Source of the DNA: Octopus bimaculoides
Taxonomy: Eukaryota
Assembly: GCF_001194135.2 (NCBI RefSeq)
Contig: NC_068983.1
Span: 80,538,849 to 80,602,848 of the forward strand
Direction of reading: 5' to 3'
Length of the DNA: 64,000 bases
Position 1 is the stretch's first letter; every line of letters starts with the position of its first letter. This document shows, piece after piece, positions 13,106 to 27,034 of this stretch. Both the position numbers and the translations under genes were made by a program. Below the pieces are notes generated by a model. The model searched no databases and was not told where the DNA came from. It worked only from the letters and a program-made list of their open reading frames with translations.

Positions 13106-13414
13106 TCACATACCATCAATGCTAGTTGGACATTATTACACTGCCAATCTGATTATGTCAACCCAATTATCTCCACATATCTGTGGAGATGAGTGCTAAG
13201 CTTACTCACCATTTTATTTTCATACAAGCTTTTTAAAGGCAAAGTATTGAAATATGTAGTAAAAGTGTAAAGCTATTGTTTGTGATTGTTTGTTTTAACT
13301 TTTGTATTTCTAATCTGCATTGTTGTGGCTTTCTAATACACATTCAACTCTTTCAACTCTAGAAAACAAAGCTTCATGCAAATTATACTATTTACGTATG
13401 TCTCTGTCTATCTA

Positions 13415-13465
<51 letters not shown>

Positions 13466-13976
13466 CCATATATATNNNNNNNNNNNNNNNNNNNNNNNNN
13501 NNNNNNNNNNNNNNNNNNNNNNNNNNNNNNNNNNNNNNNNNNNNNNNNNNNNNNNNNNNNNNNNNNNNNNNNNNNNNNNNNNNNNNNNNNNNNNNNNNNN
13601 NNNNNNNNNNNNNNNNNNNNNNNNNNNATACATATACATGTATATACATATATATGTATATATCTTTCTCTCACTATATATATACTTATCATCATCATCA
13701 TTATCATCATTTAATGTTTGTCTTCCATGCTGGTATGGGTTGGACTATATATATATATATCTACACACATACATGCACACACACACACATGCACACACAC
13801 TTATTCACACATACACATCCATACACACACATAACTAGTAGTAGTAGCACAACTATTTTTAGTATCAAAAGTGATTTGCTTGCATATCAAAGAAGTACTC
13901 AACACATTAGGGAGCAGAGTTTAGTATGATATAATATGTGTATATGTACGTGTGTGTGTGTGTGTGCATGTGTGTA

Positions 13977-14008
<32 letters not shown>

Positions 14009-14610
14009 TGTGTGTGCATATGTACATGTGTGTGTACGTATAGGATTTTTGACAGAATACAATGGAACCTAGATGAGTAAAATATAATTACTAAATATAA
14101 TGTTTGTGCTGTTAAGGATAAACCAATTGTATAAGTTTAAAACAGAAATAATATCATATTTCATGAAATCCACCTAACAAAAAATTAGCTTTATTAAATT
14201 TGCTGTTTTTATTTTATGCAAATTGATTTACTGCTTAAAATGTTAGTTAAAGGTACCAAATTATTATTATTTAATTTAATTGGGAATATTATTTATTAAT
14301 ATGAAAATTTTAATTGGATCTTTTAATCTATGATAAATAATTTCATATTTTAACTGCATTGTAAATATATTCCATTTTTAACTATGTAAAATGCACTGAA
14401 GGACATGTATACTCTATTCATATTCAAATAAATTTACATTATAAATTTGCATTTCCTTAACGAAAATAAAAATCTAATGAATTTAATTCATTTAGGTTCA
14501 GATAGGAAGCTGAATTCATACTGTTAATGTAGATTTATTTTTGAAAAAGATTCTAAATGAATAAGGACATTAACCACAACAAGATGTGTGTGTGTGTGTG
14601 TGTGTGTGTG

Positions 14611-14650
<40 letters not shown>

Positions 14651-14684
14651 TGTGTGTACTTGTAATTTCTGCTGATTAAAGTAA

Positions 14685-15490
14685 TTCAACAGACAACATT
14701 TAAGCTGTACCTTGAGATAAAATGAGCAGATTCTATACACTAAAAGTCTTTTTTGCAATCTGATTTGGACATAATGCAACGATGGATTGCTGATTGGCAA
14801 CTGAAGCTGGCTGTATACAAGTACATCATTATACATTTTGGAAAGAAAATCTCAGAATTTACCAATTTCTTTTTCCAACTTTAAAACTTTAAAAGACTGT
14901 GGATGAATGTGACCTAGGTATTATTGTCAACTATGGTCAATGCTGGATAAACTCCATTTCTGAAATCATCAAAAGCCTGAGGTGTTTAATGCCACTCGGA
15001 AGGTGTTTAATACCACTTTGTTTTCTGTTGCCAGCTATCAATTTAAAGCTGTATATGGAGCTATGGTATGTCCATACCTACAGTTTGCATCTCATTCTGG
15101 AATCCACATCTTGCCCAAAATACTGATTGAGGTGATGGTGTCTAGAGATGTTCAACTAGATGAATATCCCTGTCTGTCAATTACCACATTTTGAATGTAC
15201 TGTGTCTCTGTGTATCAACACACTAAATTTTTGACATCTAATAGCTGACTTCGTAGAAGTCAATAAAATTATCTACCATCTTTTCAATGACAACTTTAGT
15301 CACCTTTTGAATTCAATATCTCTACCACTCATAGACATGCTTATAAAATCAAAAGGCAGCACAACACCCATTCAAAACCATTTTAGAAACACATCTTTTC
15401 ACACTCAGAATTTTGAAAGGACAGAATAAACTACTTGCATCAGTTGTCTGTTGTTAGGACATGACATTCTTCAGCAATTCCATACTTGAG
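14685..15490 (+). mobile_element. Degenerate CR1/L2-type LINE 3' fragment
   Basis: Frameshifted RT C-terminal motifs: DNIKLY, LQSDLDIMQRWIADWQLKL, DECDLGIIV, MVCPYLQFASH, HAYKIKRQH, NKL.ASVV. Confidence 0.8.
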
Positions 15491-15864
15491 AATGAAATGT
15501 AGTGCAAAGGTTAGAGTATGTTTCAAAGACATATTTCCATAAGTACAATACTCATACCTTATAAGATTCTGTCTGCTATTAGAATTTTTTGTTGGTATTT
15601 AGCTCTTAATCAGCCCTGATCAAGTAAGCCTATGGCTAGATATCTTCTAGATATCTTGATTTTTTTTTTTTTAATGAATGTATTAGTAGACTGCATTAGC
15701 TAATATATTCTTCCTTCTTTAGGAGAGTGATGTCTAATTTAAGGACACATTGGTTGCTGTTCCTAGCTGGTTGAGCAACACTATAAAAGTTGTTTCATTG
15801 ACTGATCATTAGAATATGTGGAGACTAGTAACGACCTCTATCAGCAAAAATCATTTCAATAATA

Positions 15865-16070
15865 CTGATTTCAAATTTTATCACAAGACCAGCAGTTTCT
15901 GGGAAGTGGGTGAGTCGATTACATTGATCCCAGTGCTTGGCTGGTACTTATTTTATAATGGCAAAGTCAACCTCGGTGGCATTTGAATGCAGAATGTGAA
16001 AATGGATGAAATTCCACTAAACATTTTGCCCAGCATATTAACAGTTGTGCCAGCTTGCCTACTTGCCACC
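15865..16070 (-). mobile_element. SINE family B copy
   Basis: Homology to 4860-5030 and 48775-48967. Confidence 0.75.
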
Positions 16071-16096
16071 TTTAACCATTAACCATTTCAATAATA

Positions 16097-16322
16097 TTCT
16101 TTTCTACTCTAGGCACAAGGCCTGGAATTTTGGGGGATGAAGCCAGTCGATTAGATTGACCCCCCCCCCCCCAGTTCACAACTGATACATAATTTATCGA
16201 CCCCAAAAGGATGAAAGGCAAAGTCAACCTCAGCGGAATTTGATATCAGAATGTAAAGACAGATGAAATACTGCTAAACATTTCGCCTGGTGTGCTAATG
16301 TTTCTGCCATCTTGCCGCCTTA
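16097..16322 (-). mobile_element. SINE family B copy (different tail variant)
   Basis: Homology to the preceding copy; tail 'ctctaggcacaaggcctggaatttt'. Confidence 0.78.
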
Positions 16323-16928
16323 ACCATTTGAATAATATTGAAAAATAGATAGTATTCATGTGCTATAATAAGAGAATTCTTCTGGTTATTATGTTCCATA
16401 GAGAGGTAAATTGAAGTGTTTTGAAAATAAGCCTTTAATCTATAGGAAGTCTCAGGACTCATTTGATGAAGTTTTGCAGTTAAATTCATGACTTGTTACT
16501 TAGTGGAGATGTAATCAGTAAACCATAAAAAAAGAACTTAAAAAATTCATATTTTGGATAATCAGCATTGAATGAAAAATGATTAATATGTTTAAATAAC
16601 AGCAGCTACAGTTAAACTTTTGAATAATAGAAACATTTACTGCCATCAAATCATATGTGTTTCATATTAGCTCAACAAAGATTTCTTTTCAAAATAAAGC
16701 TGATATTAATCTGATATATAAAGTAATGCATGTTTAAAATAATCTTCTGTTTACTTTGATGATGGATGCAAAACAAAATTACCACAACTAACAATCTTCT
16801 TTGTAACTTATTTTATACAATAATTAAATCTAGCCCAAAACAAAAGATTTTGTAAATTATTTCTGTTTTAATTATTTCAACTTATTCTACTAAACAAAAA
16901 AATGTTTTTTAAATATATTTATTTTTAA

Positions 16929-18150
16929 ACATTATCGGTCACACATACATAGTATTTATGTTTTGTTTATACACCAAATTTGCTGTGGGATAGCATCTGG
17001 AGAAAGCTCCCCAAACAGTGCTGAGTGTTAAAGAACACTTGAGTGTCACAAATCAGGTGAGACAACTCACCTCAGAATTTTTGAGGATAGTAGATACTGA
17101 TATTTCACCATTATTGTGGCTTCTTAATACCATGTACTCAGATTATCTTGAAAGGAAGTGAATTGCGGGTTTAGGACTAACCTACAAATAGAGTGAATTC
17201 TATTTGCTGATATTCTGCTGCACAGCACTTGAAAGAAAATGAAATTACTAATCAAAAGCAGCTCTAGTTATGTAAACATAATTGGTCATGCATACATAGA
17301 GTGTGTGTTTTGTTATACACCAAATTCTCGGTGATTCTCTCACCTAATCTGTGACATTTAGGTGTACTTTAAAACTCAGCATTGTTTGGGGAATTTCCTT
17401 GGATGATATTCTGCAGCAATTCTGGCTCATAAACAACACACACACACTATGCATGTATGACTTAAAATGTTTACATCACTAGAGCTACTTTTTATTTGTA
17501 ATTTAGTTTTCTTTCACATGTGCTATGCTGCAGCACATCAGCAAATAGACTTCACTCTATTTACATATAAGTCATAGACCAGCAATTCACTTCATTTCAA
17601 GATGGTCTGAGTACATGGTATTGATCAGCCACAATAATGGTAAAACCATTCATGGTGATTCCAAGATGAGTTGTCTTGTCTGGTCTATGACATTAAGATA
17701 TTCTTTAACACAGCATTGTATGGGGAACTTTTCCTGGATGCTATTCCACTGCAAATCTGGCATATAAACTAAACACATACACTATGTATGTGTGACTGAC
17801 ATGTGATGTGTCACAGCACATCAGCAAATAGACTTCACTCTATTTGCAGTGTAGTCCTAGACCAGCAATTCACTTTGTTTTTGAGATGATCCAAGTACAT
17901 GGTATTGATAAACTACAATAATGGTAAAATATTGATATGTAACAATTCGCAGTGATTCTGAAATGAGTTGTCTTGTTTGGTCTATGACATTCAGATCTTC
18001 TTTAACACTCAGCATTGTTTGGGGAACTTTCCCTTGATGCTAACCCATTGCAAATTTGGTACATAGACAAAACAAATGCTCTACATATGTGTGACTGACA
18101 ACGTTTGCATTAGTAGAGCTATTTTTCATTTGTAATTCAATTTTTATTTC
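16929..18150. repeat. Imperfect palindrome plus tandem array of an about 280-340-bp unit
   Basis: 16929-17326 is the reverse complement of about 17420-17800; 17800-18150 is a further direct copy (shared cagcacatcagcaaatagacttcactctattt, gtacatggtattgat, atgagttgtcttgt, cagcattgtttggggaa). Confidence 0.85.
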
Positions 18151-20719
18151 TATAGTTGAAAAAAATATCTCATTTGATGGTCTTACAGCCAGTCTTCAGC
18201 TATGAATATTAGTTCTGTATATGTTATAACATGTTATATTTCCATTTTAATTAAAAAAAGCATTCCATAGCCACGCTTACATCAAATCTTTTATGTGCAT
18301 ATGTATAATATGCTGAGGTGGTGTGGTGTTGATGAAGACACAGCCTAAGGATCTTCTGCTTCAATTCAGTCTGCTGTAGCACACACACACAGACATGGAC
18401 ACACACACATACACTGTCTCCTTTCTCAATATGAGTATGCATATATACATGCGAATATATATCTATGTGCATATGTGAGTATGTATGTATATGTATATAT
18501 ATAATATATATAATATATATAACATACAAACATATTTATATATGTATATATAATATACATATATATATGGATATATATATGTGTGTGTGTGTTAGTGTGT
18601 GTGTACTTGTGTTAATATGTTAATAATTTACATTTATGTACATATGCTTGTAATTTCAAGCATGCACACACACATACACACACACATCCAATTAATTTTA
18701 GGGTGCTATCATCTCACAATAATAAGTGATTAATGCATACAAGAACTTGCAAGAGCTAATTTCATTTGACACTCTTCCTATAAGAAAACATATTATTGAC
18801 TATGATGAGTAAGAAGACAATTATAATGATGATTTTTTTTTTTTATATTATACAAATATTTTATATGATTAAAATGTTTTGCTTTAAAGTTGTATATTTT
18901 TCTAAATCCAGTATAACAAGTAATTTGTTTAAATGGTATTACTATGAGATTATAAAAATTCTACTATTAAAGTTTCTGGAGAAATTTCAGAAAATTTATA
19001 GCTGAGGAAGTCTTGGTTTTTTTTTTAATATGCATAAACTAAAAAAACAACAACAATATTTTAATCAAACTTTTCTATTTGAATTCATTTACTGTTGGAA
19101 TGTAGAGTAATTATTATTTTTACATATTGAAGTGGTATATACTAATTAAAAGCAGAAATCTTTACTAACCAAAGTATTTAAACAGGATATAAACAAGATT
19201 TTGAATAGCATACAAACCATAATTTTAAACAGAATATAGATGTATTGCTGTTTGTTAGCTTAAAATTTTGACTTAAAATTTTGATGCAATAAGTTATATT
19301 GTGCAAATTCATAATTTTGAGTAATAAGGAATCATAATAGTTCTATTCATAATAGTTCTTGTCTAATTATTCCTGCTCTTGATTTTTTCTATTTATTTAA
19401 AGTGTCTAGTATTCTGGTTCTGAGTAAGTGTGGCAGGAATCCCACAACAATCTTTACAAGCACTGAGATCTCAATAATAAGTACCTCCGTTTTCTCTTCC
19501 TACACATTGTCTGAAGCTACTTATCAAATGATGCTCTGTACTATAATGCATACAATATTTATCTTTTAGTCTTTCTAGACACCATTCACTTTTTCAAGAT
19601 TTTGGACATGAAAAATTAGCAAATACTACAACAAAAGCCATTTGTCAGTTTATAACCATCTATTTGAACTTCAAGAGCTATTATCGAGAGAAAAAAAGCT
19701 AAATACAGAGCTCTGATAGACCCTCATCTGTTACAAAATTCTTACCTGTTTATTACTTATCCAGACTCTTGCTTTTGTTGCAACTTTTCCCATAAACTCA
19801 GTGTCCACACCCTACTATCTTAGTTTCCACGAGAATATAGAAACTGGAATTCTGTCATAATTTGACAAAAGTAAAATACATATATGAATTGATATTCATA
19901 CATATTTAATTTGACTGTAAAATTTTGCTCCTGAGATCATTTTTAGCAGCTTGGCATAAGGATCAAACCCACTAGCTTCTATTGATATTTAGCTATTCAT
20001 CAGTCTTTGCTTGCCTCTTCTTTCGAAACTGACAATGATAATAGTAAAAAACTACTTACTGAAATGTAAAAAAAGTCTGAACTGAGGCACAAACTTGTTT
20101 GCATAATGGTGCATGACTGTGAGTTAGACAGTAATAACTAGAGCACTTGTTAAAGTGTGGGTTGTAAATATATAAATATGTGGGTTGTTTCCATTTGTAT
20201 TTACTCTCAAGCTTGGCTTATGATACTCTTGTTATTTCACGCTAGTATTTCTTTCAGCTTGTCACATTCTGAATTCAAATCTTGCCATGGTCACCTTCAT
20301 CTAACATCCTTCCAGAATTGATAAAGTAAAGTACCAGTCAAGTACTGAAGCTAATATAATCAACTAATATTCCCCCTAGATTTTTCACATTGTGTCTGTA
20401 TCAGAAACAGTTATTTAATACTAGGAATATAGAGTTATTAGTTTTACTCACTCATGCAAGCACAGACTATATCAAATCGACCCTTTGTTGCATTTGCATC
20501 ACCATAGTTATTTTGGCTCTTTTCAATACTCAAGCATGCAATATGCAAGTATTATTGGAGTTAGCAACTTTCTCCTAAATGTAGCAAAACAAACTAGTGA
20601 AAATTGTAAAAATCTCTCCATTCTGATGATTTCAATATCTTAAGATTTCTTCTTGAGGGATTTCTAACATTAATTGTATAAATATTTATGTACAAAGAAA
20701 GTTCACGATGTGGAAATAA

Positions 20720-21200
20720 ATTTTTTGCTTTAAGGAGAAGCCTGTAACAATCTTCAAAACATCTGGCAGTCAAAAATTTCAAAAGGAAAATAAATTGCCT
20801 TCTTTAGGACGTATGTAGAGAACATTCTTCTCCATGGAGCTGGAATTTGGTAATGAAGAAGGCGCTTCAAGATTGCCTTTGACTGGGCTTTTCATGTGGG
20901 CTAAAAATATGAGCATAAAACAAAAGAGGTGGTTTATGGACATGTTTCAACCATCTCTGTTATCATTGCTTATTGCAGAGTAGACTTTGCTCACTACTGC
21001 CATCATGTCGGAGAACAAGCTATATCAGATGTTATAGTTTGGAGATTTCTACACCCTAATAAAGGAAGACCACTGAACTAAGTTGATGTCATTGGCAGAG
21101 ACACACAACATCAAATGGAAGATCTACCAAAGCTAATGGGAGACAGAGATACTTAGCACAGCATTGTGAGATGCTCCTTGATTGTGACTGCTTGCTGAAG
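20720..21200 (+). mobile_element. Degenerate RTE-clade LINE 3' fragment
   Basis: Frameshifted WQSKISK..IAFFRTYVENILLHGA..W, KGRPLN.VDVIGRDT, EDLPKLMGDRD. Confidence 0.65.
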
Positions 21201-21443
21201 AATATGCTGGTTGGCCAAAAGTCACCGGACAGTAAATCAAAATTCCATAAATACTTAATATTCCATTTTATTTATTCATTCCAATTATGAATGTTTAATA
21301 ATTGAATGTTTTTAGTTAAAATCACTGTTTTTTTCAACATTTGTCTATTTATTAGCGAAGTCTCATATAAAATAATTTTTTGTTTTAATCTTTGAATTGT
21401 ATGGTTTTGATTTACTTCAGGTGACTTTGGGCCTATCCTGTAT

Positions 21444-21494
<51 letters not shown>

Positions 21495-22884
21495 AATTCT
21501 TCTGCATTTAAACATTTAAGAATATACAAATACACACTGTGGGGAATGAGGGAAGAATAAAAGAGTTAAGAGAGGATCTCCTCCCAAAATAAATAGATAA
21601 ATAAATAACCACCAATGACGCCATAGAGCTCAACAGAAATTTTCAATGAGCCTATGAAGGAGCCTCTCCAGGTAATTGAAATTGCTGGAAATGGTATCCT
21701 CTCTCAAATGAAACCTTATCTTACAAAGCGACATGTTGGATGATGTGGTTCTATGTTTACATTTGATAATACGTAGTGAAACATCACTAAACTGTATTAC
21801 AAGTGTATAGAAATGGGCTATTAATTTGGCAAGTTTTCAAAATAAACTATCAGCTGCATTTATGTTACTTAAATCTGGGTATTTTATGAGCCACATTTTT
21901 AGTATTAGTTGGATACAAATGTTTTTAGGCTATGAAATCCTTTGTTTTTTTTTAACAATTATTTAATTTTTTTGAAGGTATATTCTTAATTTTTGATGCT
22001 ATGCAAAATACGTTGGAATTGATTATAAATAAATTATTTTCTATTTTGAAATGATATGTTAAAAATATATCCAAATAAAATAAATCTCATGTTTTACTGC
22101 TGAAATTTTAAAATGCATACGTAGAAAGTAAGATTCCAAATTTTGAGCATAATATTTTTTTCTTTTTCCTGTTTTCTTTATTCTGAATTATTAAATTTTC
22201 AACACTTTCATAAAATAGAAGAGAAAGAGAGAAAGAAAATTACAATTGCTTTCCGATTTCATTGTTAGTCGATTATTTAGAAAGCTACATTTAAAAAGTA
22301 TGAAGTAATTTTGCCACAAAAATTGTAATAATGACTATTATATAGTTATAAATACACAATAAAGACAAAATTAAAGAAAAATTAATTCCATGGAAATATT
22401 GTTTTTATGACCTCAGTTATGTTTTTAATTTTCTTTAGATGTTGGGATCATTGTTTGAAATAAAATGATTAAAGCTCTTTGAAGAATGAATTTCATGAAA
22501 ATTTATACAGTAGGTAGAATTGCATACTGGATGTCAATTGAAACTGTTTTTACTTCCCCTTATGTTTTCAATTATTACTTAATGATTTTCATTCCTCCTT
22601 TAATGTATTCTTTGAAAATATATTCTTAAATATTATAAATACTAATTTAAACAGCTGTGTAATTGCTTGTAAAGGAATAGCATATAATGGTTTTATTCCA
22701 AATTAACTTTTTTTTTAATTAAAAGTTTTTCTTAGCCGATTTTAGAGCAGATAAAATCTTTTTAATGGAAATTGCTATGTGTTCATTAAGTAGGAGTTAT
22801 AGCATAGAATTCAAAATAAAACTGGCTTTTCAGTATTTTATAAAATGGTTGTTATACACTGAGATTAACATATATTATCACATC

Positions 22885-23450
22885 ACATCCCCTCTTCTTT
22901 GCTCACTTATTCCTGGGAGGGTTGTGGGGTAAAGTCCTCAAGCATACCTTTCATAGGTCCTGTCTGAAGTATCTGTCTCTGACTGATCTGGCTGGATCTT
23001 CAAGTGAGAGCAATAAAGCGCATGGATATTATCCAACCATTATGCTTGTAGTCTACCCATGGGTCTCCTGCTGGTTGGTTTTGCCCATAAAACCTGTCCA
23101 GCAATTCTTTCTCAAGACATTCTTACCACATGTTCATAGTATCAAAGCTCTGATCTCTCAGTTTGGAGAAATAGTGGTTTTACCCGGAGCACTTCTCTAA
23201 TTACATACTCTATCAAATAACATCACTCTAGAGACCCTTTGGAGGAACTCCATTTTGGTCACGATTGTATTCTTTTGGTCATTACCCAAGATTCATGACC
23301 ATAGGTAAGGGTAAGTGCAAACAATGAAACGAGGGTAACAAGCTTGGGTTTTATACCTACCTTCCTTCCTCTGATAACTGAATGTTGAGGCTGAATTAAG
23401 TGCAAGAATTGCAGGACCAGGTGCAAGTACCAGCTCCAGATTAACACATT
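22885..23450 (-). mobile_element. Degenerate RTE-clade LINE 3' fragment
   Basis: TLTYGHESWVMTKRIQS, then YYEHVVRM and KPTSRRPMGR on the minus strand. Confidence 0.72.
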
Positions 23451-26400
23451 TCTTGGAAATTCTCATTCAAGAGATCCTGCTATAAATTTTCCACAAGTTA
23501 CATTGTGTTTCTCTTAGGTTATTGGTCAAAGTTTTTTTTTTATTTTCTCTTCACTGTGACCCAAAATAGAAATGGATTTTATGTGATAACCAAATTTGTT
23601 ATTGAAATTTTTATTGCCCAGTTTATTCTCTAAAACATTATAACTGCTAAAATTTCTTAAAGGAAATTAAATTTTAAATGTTTACTATAGTCTTCAATTT
23701 TTTAATGAACTAAATATGAGCAACACTATGAGATTTTCTTACTCTAAAATTAAACCATAAGTCCATACTAAAGAGAAAAATGGGAAATAATTCTAATGCA
23801 ATCATCAGTATTATATTACCCTTATTATTCTTTATAATTGAAAGTTAGAAATGAAGTCTTTTTTATAATTTTTAAGTAATGTCTTGCACCCACCCTCCTC
23901 CTCCTCCTCATTTATTTTTCATTCACTTTTTCATGTTCGTATAAGCCAAGCAGATTTTAGTTAAACAAATTTTCTATGACCATGTGCTCTTCCTCACCTA
24001 ATCCCCTATTTCCTAGGGAGGTAATGTTTTCTCATTGCCAGACTTATTTTTACAGGGGACTTGATATAAAGTACTCTGCTTGTATGATGGTGACTCTCGT
24101 TTATAACTATCCTGTGATGTTAAGATAACAGGACACAAACACACACACACACAGCACATAGATTTCTCTCTGTCATATCCACTCATAAGGTGATAACTAT
24201 AGCAAAAGACACTTGCTTAAGATGCCAAAAAAGGTATAAATCAAATATTGAGACAGATTCACTAATCCAGGATTTGTGAGTTCAGCAGCTTCAGTGGTTC
24301 AGGACACTTATGTGGTCATTAGTTTGCATGATGACCACTTGCCCAGCTGTGGTGCCTTATATTGTTTATATCCAGCATAGCTGATTAATTGTGACTGATG
24401 CCGCTTTTCCAGTACAGATTTTTACAGAGAGTTTACCCTTAAATATGTGTCCTAAGTAATCTGCTGATAATGAAAGTGGTGGCAACATTAAATCATAAAC
24501 ATGTTACATTTACTCTGTTACAAAAGATGTTGATTCTGAAAACACTAGACAGTAGTACATCAGTGAGTGCAGAATATGCTGTAGATTCATTGATAGTACA
24601 GTATATGCATTATTTTGCCATTTTTTATCCCTGGCTTCATTGGTTCAGAAAATCTGCTACTCTGGTACCTATTTGTTCCCCAGCTTACTGGATAAATGAA
24701 GTTCTACCACTATTATTAACTATGACTACAACTAATCCATGACCACAGCTGAAATGAGTAATAATAAAGAGTCTCTATGAGTTCTCTTAACCTGATAGAA
24801 ATAGCAGCTAAATCTCCCAAATCCTAACTTATAATATTAAGAAAAAAAGGGGTGGCACAGTAGATGTCACAGCTTTTATGTCTTTGATCATATGTCTGTT
24901 CGATTGAGATAGACCTGGAATAAAGTGTCAGCAACTATGACAGCATTAGAGCTTCTATGATGTCAATTGCTTTTCTACAAGAGGCTTCTTGTCTTTAAAA
25001 TGGAAATTTTATGTTTTAAACGATCAAACTTAAGATAAATTCCCATTAAAGATATGATGGTTACTTGTAGAAATGTTAAGGAAATGTTTTTTTTCTTCAG
25101 ATTCTTCCTTGTCTTAGGTCTTGGCAGCTAATGAACAATCATAATAACCAATCTAATCCATGTAAAACATAGACAACAAACCTGATAAATATTAAAGCTA
25201 TTGTTATGATGATGAAACACTTCAAAAGTTCAAAGTATTTGCTGATCTTTTAAATATTAGTATAAACTATGTGTATTACTTTTTAACAGTTAATAACAGA
25301 AAAAGCAACTTTGAATATTTTCTTTTCCATAATTAATGGTATTATTGTCACATAAAGAAGACACAGTTAAATTGATCAATAAGCTGAACAAAATTTATAG
25401 GTCTTATCTCCTTATCTTATAAGAAATATATTGGAAATATTCATAACGGAGATTAAAAAATAGCATACTCATGAATAAAAATAATAATGATAAAATGCAG
25501 TAAGCTATTTGTAATCATTTAATGGTTGTAAAATCAAATAATGCTTGTAAAATGCTAGATGAAGAAATTAAAGAAAAATGAAACATTGTAAGAATCATAA
25601 ATTCCTTTGAGCATTTATGAATTCAATATAAAGTGATCTATTTGGATTGTATTAATTAATTGTTTTTTCTAAATTTCTAAAATAAGTAAATATACTTTTC
25701 AAAATTTTGAATATTTTATTTTTTTAAATATCATCTAAATGTATTTTCTTTCTTATTTCATAAATGGTTTTAATGAAGATTTAACATATTGTAATAATAT
25801 ATAAAAAGTATTAATGACCATAGATAGACGACATAAAACAACAAAGAGTGAAATGAACAATTTATTTTGAATATATTTGAATGAATTTAAAATTGAACTC
25901 GATACTTATGTACAACATCAAAAATTTATACAGACAATGATATTAGAAAAACCATATACTAACTAATAATTATTTCCTTTGACCAGGTATTACCTCTAAA
26001 ATATTTTCTGGCTACAACATATCTCAGTTTTTAAATGAATCTTCTTTTAGAATTGAAACAGAAAATATTTTCTTTCTATTCAGAAAATCTATTTTAGGGA
26101 TGTAATATGGTTTAATTAGATAAACAATATAAGGAAAGTGTAATTTAGAAAGAAAGCTAACAAATTGTTAGCTTTAGAAAACAGAATACAACATTTTAAA
26201 AAAGTAAATTGAATAAATAAGTTATAAATATAGTGTGCAGAAAGGCTAGCAATGAAAAATGTTTATTTTAAAGAAAGGTGAAAAAAAGAAAAACTGGGAA
26301 GGAGATACATTTCTTATTGAGTAAAACAAACAGTGCATTTTGTAAAATAAAAGCAAAATAAAATGGCAAAGAATACAGGTAAGAATAGATTACAACAACT

Positions 26401-26809
26401 ATAAATGGGGTTAAAATCAGTCAATATTCTCTTTTTAGAAATTTCTATTGAATGAGAAAGTTTGGAGAAACTATGTCAACAAAATATAAATACTAATGGC
26501 AAATTATTTTTGAAAAACTTTCTTAAGCTGATAAATACATTTTGCTTGTGCAGAAAGCTTGATATAAAAATAAGTTTTAGCACAGTCAATTTAGTATTTT
26601 TATACTTAGACAGTAGTTTGGATTTGGAATATACAAATCAACGTTTCATGACTGCTCTGTTGCACACATGAGTATAGTTAGAGATTAATTGTTATTTAGT
26701 TGAAGCAGTAATCTCTGGCTGATGGTACTAATCTTGAGAAAATTGTCATTAAGATTTTCATAACTAATTTAAATGTACTGTTTTAATTTATTTCATATAT
26801 GATGTAGAC

Positions 26810-27030
26810 ACAGGCCTGGCTGTGTAGATATAGTTTCAGATTCTATTCTACTGTGTGGCATCTTAGGTAACTGTCTTCTATTATAACCACTCCGTCGGTT
26901 ATGATGACAAGGGTTCCAGTTGATCCAGTCAAGAGAGCAGCCTGCTCATAAAATTAACGTGCAAGTGACTGAGCACTCCACAAACACATGTACCCTTAAT
27001 GTAGTTCTAATAGGGATTCAGTGTGACACA
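26810..27030 (+). mobile_element. SINE fragments (family A head joined to family C 3' body)
   Basis: 'ggctgtgt...gtgtggcatcttagg.aactgtcttctattataacc' followed by 'actccgtcggttatgatgacaagggttccagttgatcc...gagcactccaca'. Confidence 0.65.
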
Positions 27031-27034
27031 ACGA

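Noticed and set aside
19993-20030. Minus-strand CGAAA...CTGATGA as a hammerhead (also near 47165-47200)
   Set aside because: No flanking helices and no similarity to family E; consistent with chance occurrence in coding-like sequence.
22439-22515. Exon after the strong acceptor ttttctttag at about 22438
   Set aside because: Stops within 10 codons in all three frames and only weak donors.
25987-26101. Open segment GITSKIFSGYNISQFLNESSFRIETENIFFLFRKSILG
   Set aside because: Good acceptor but weak donor, F/I/L/S-biased composition and no recognisable homology; not enough to call.
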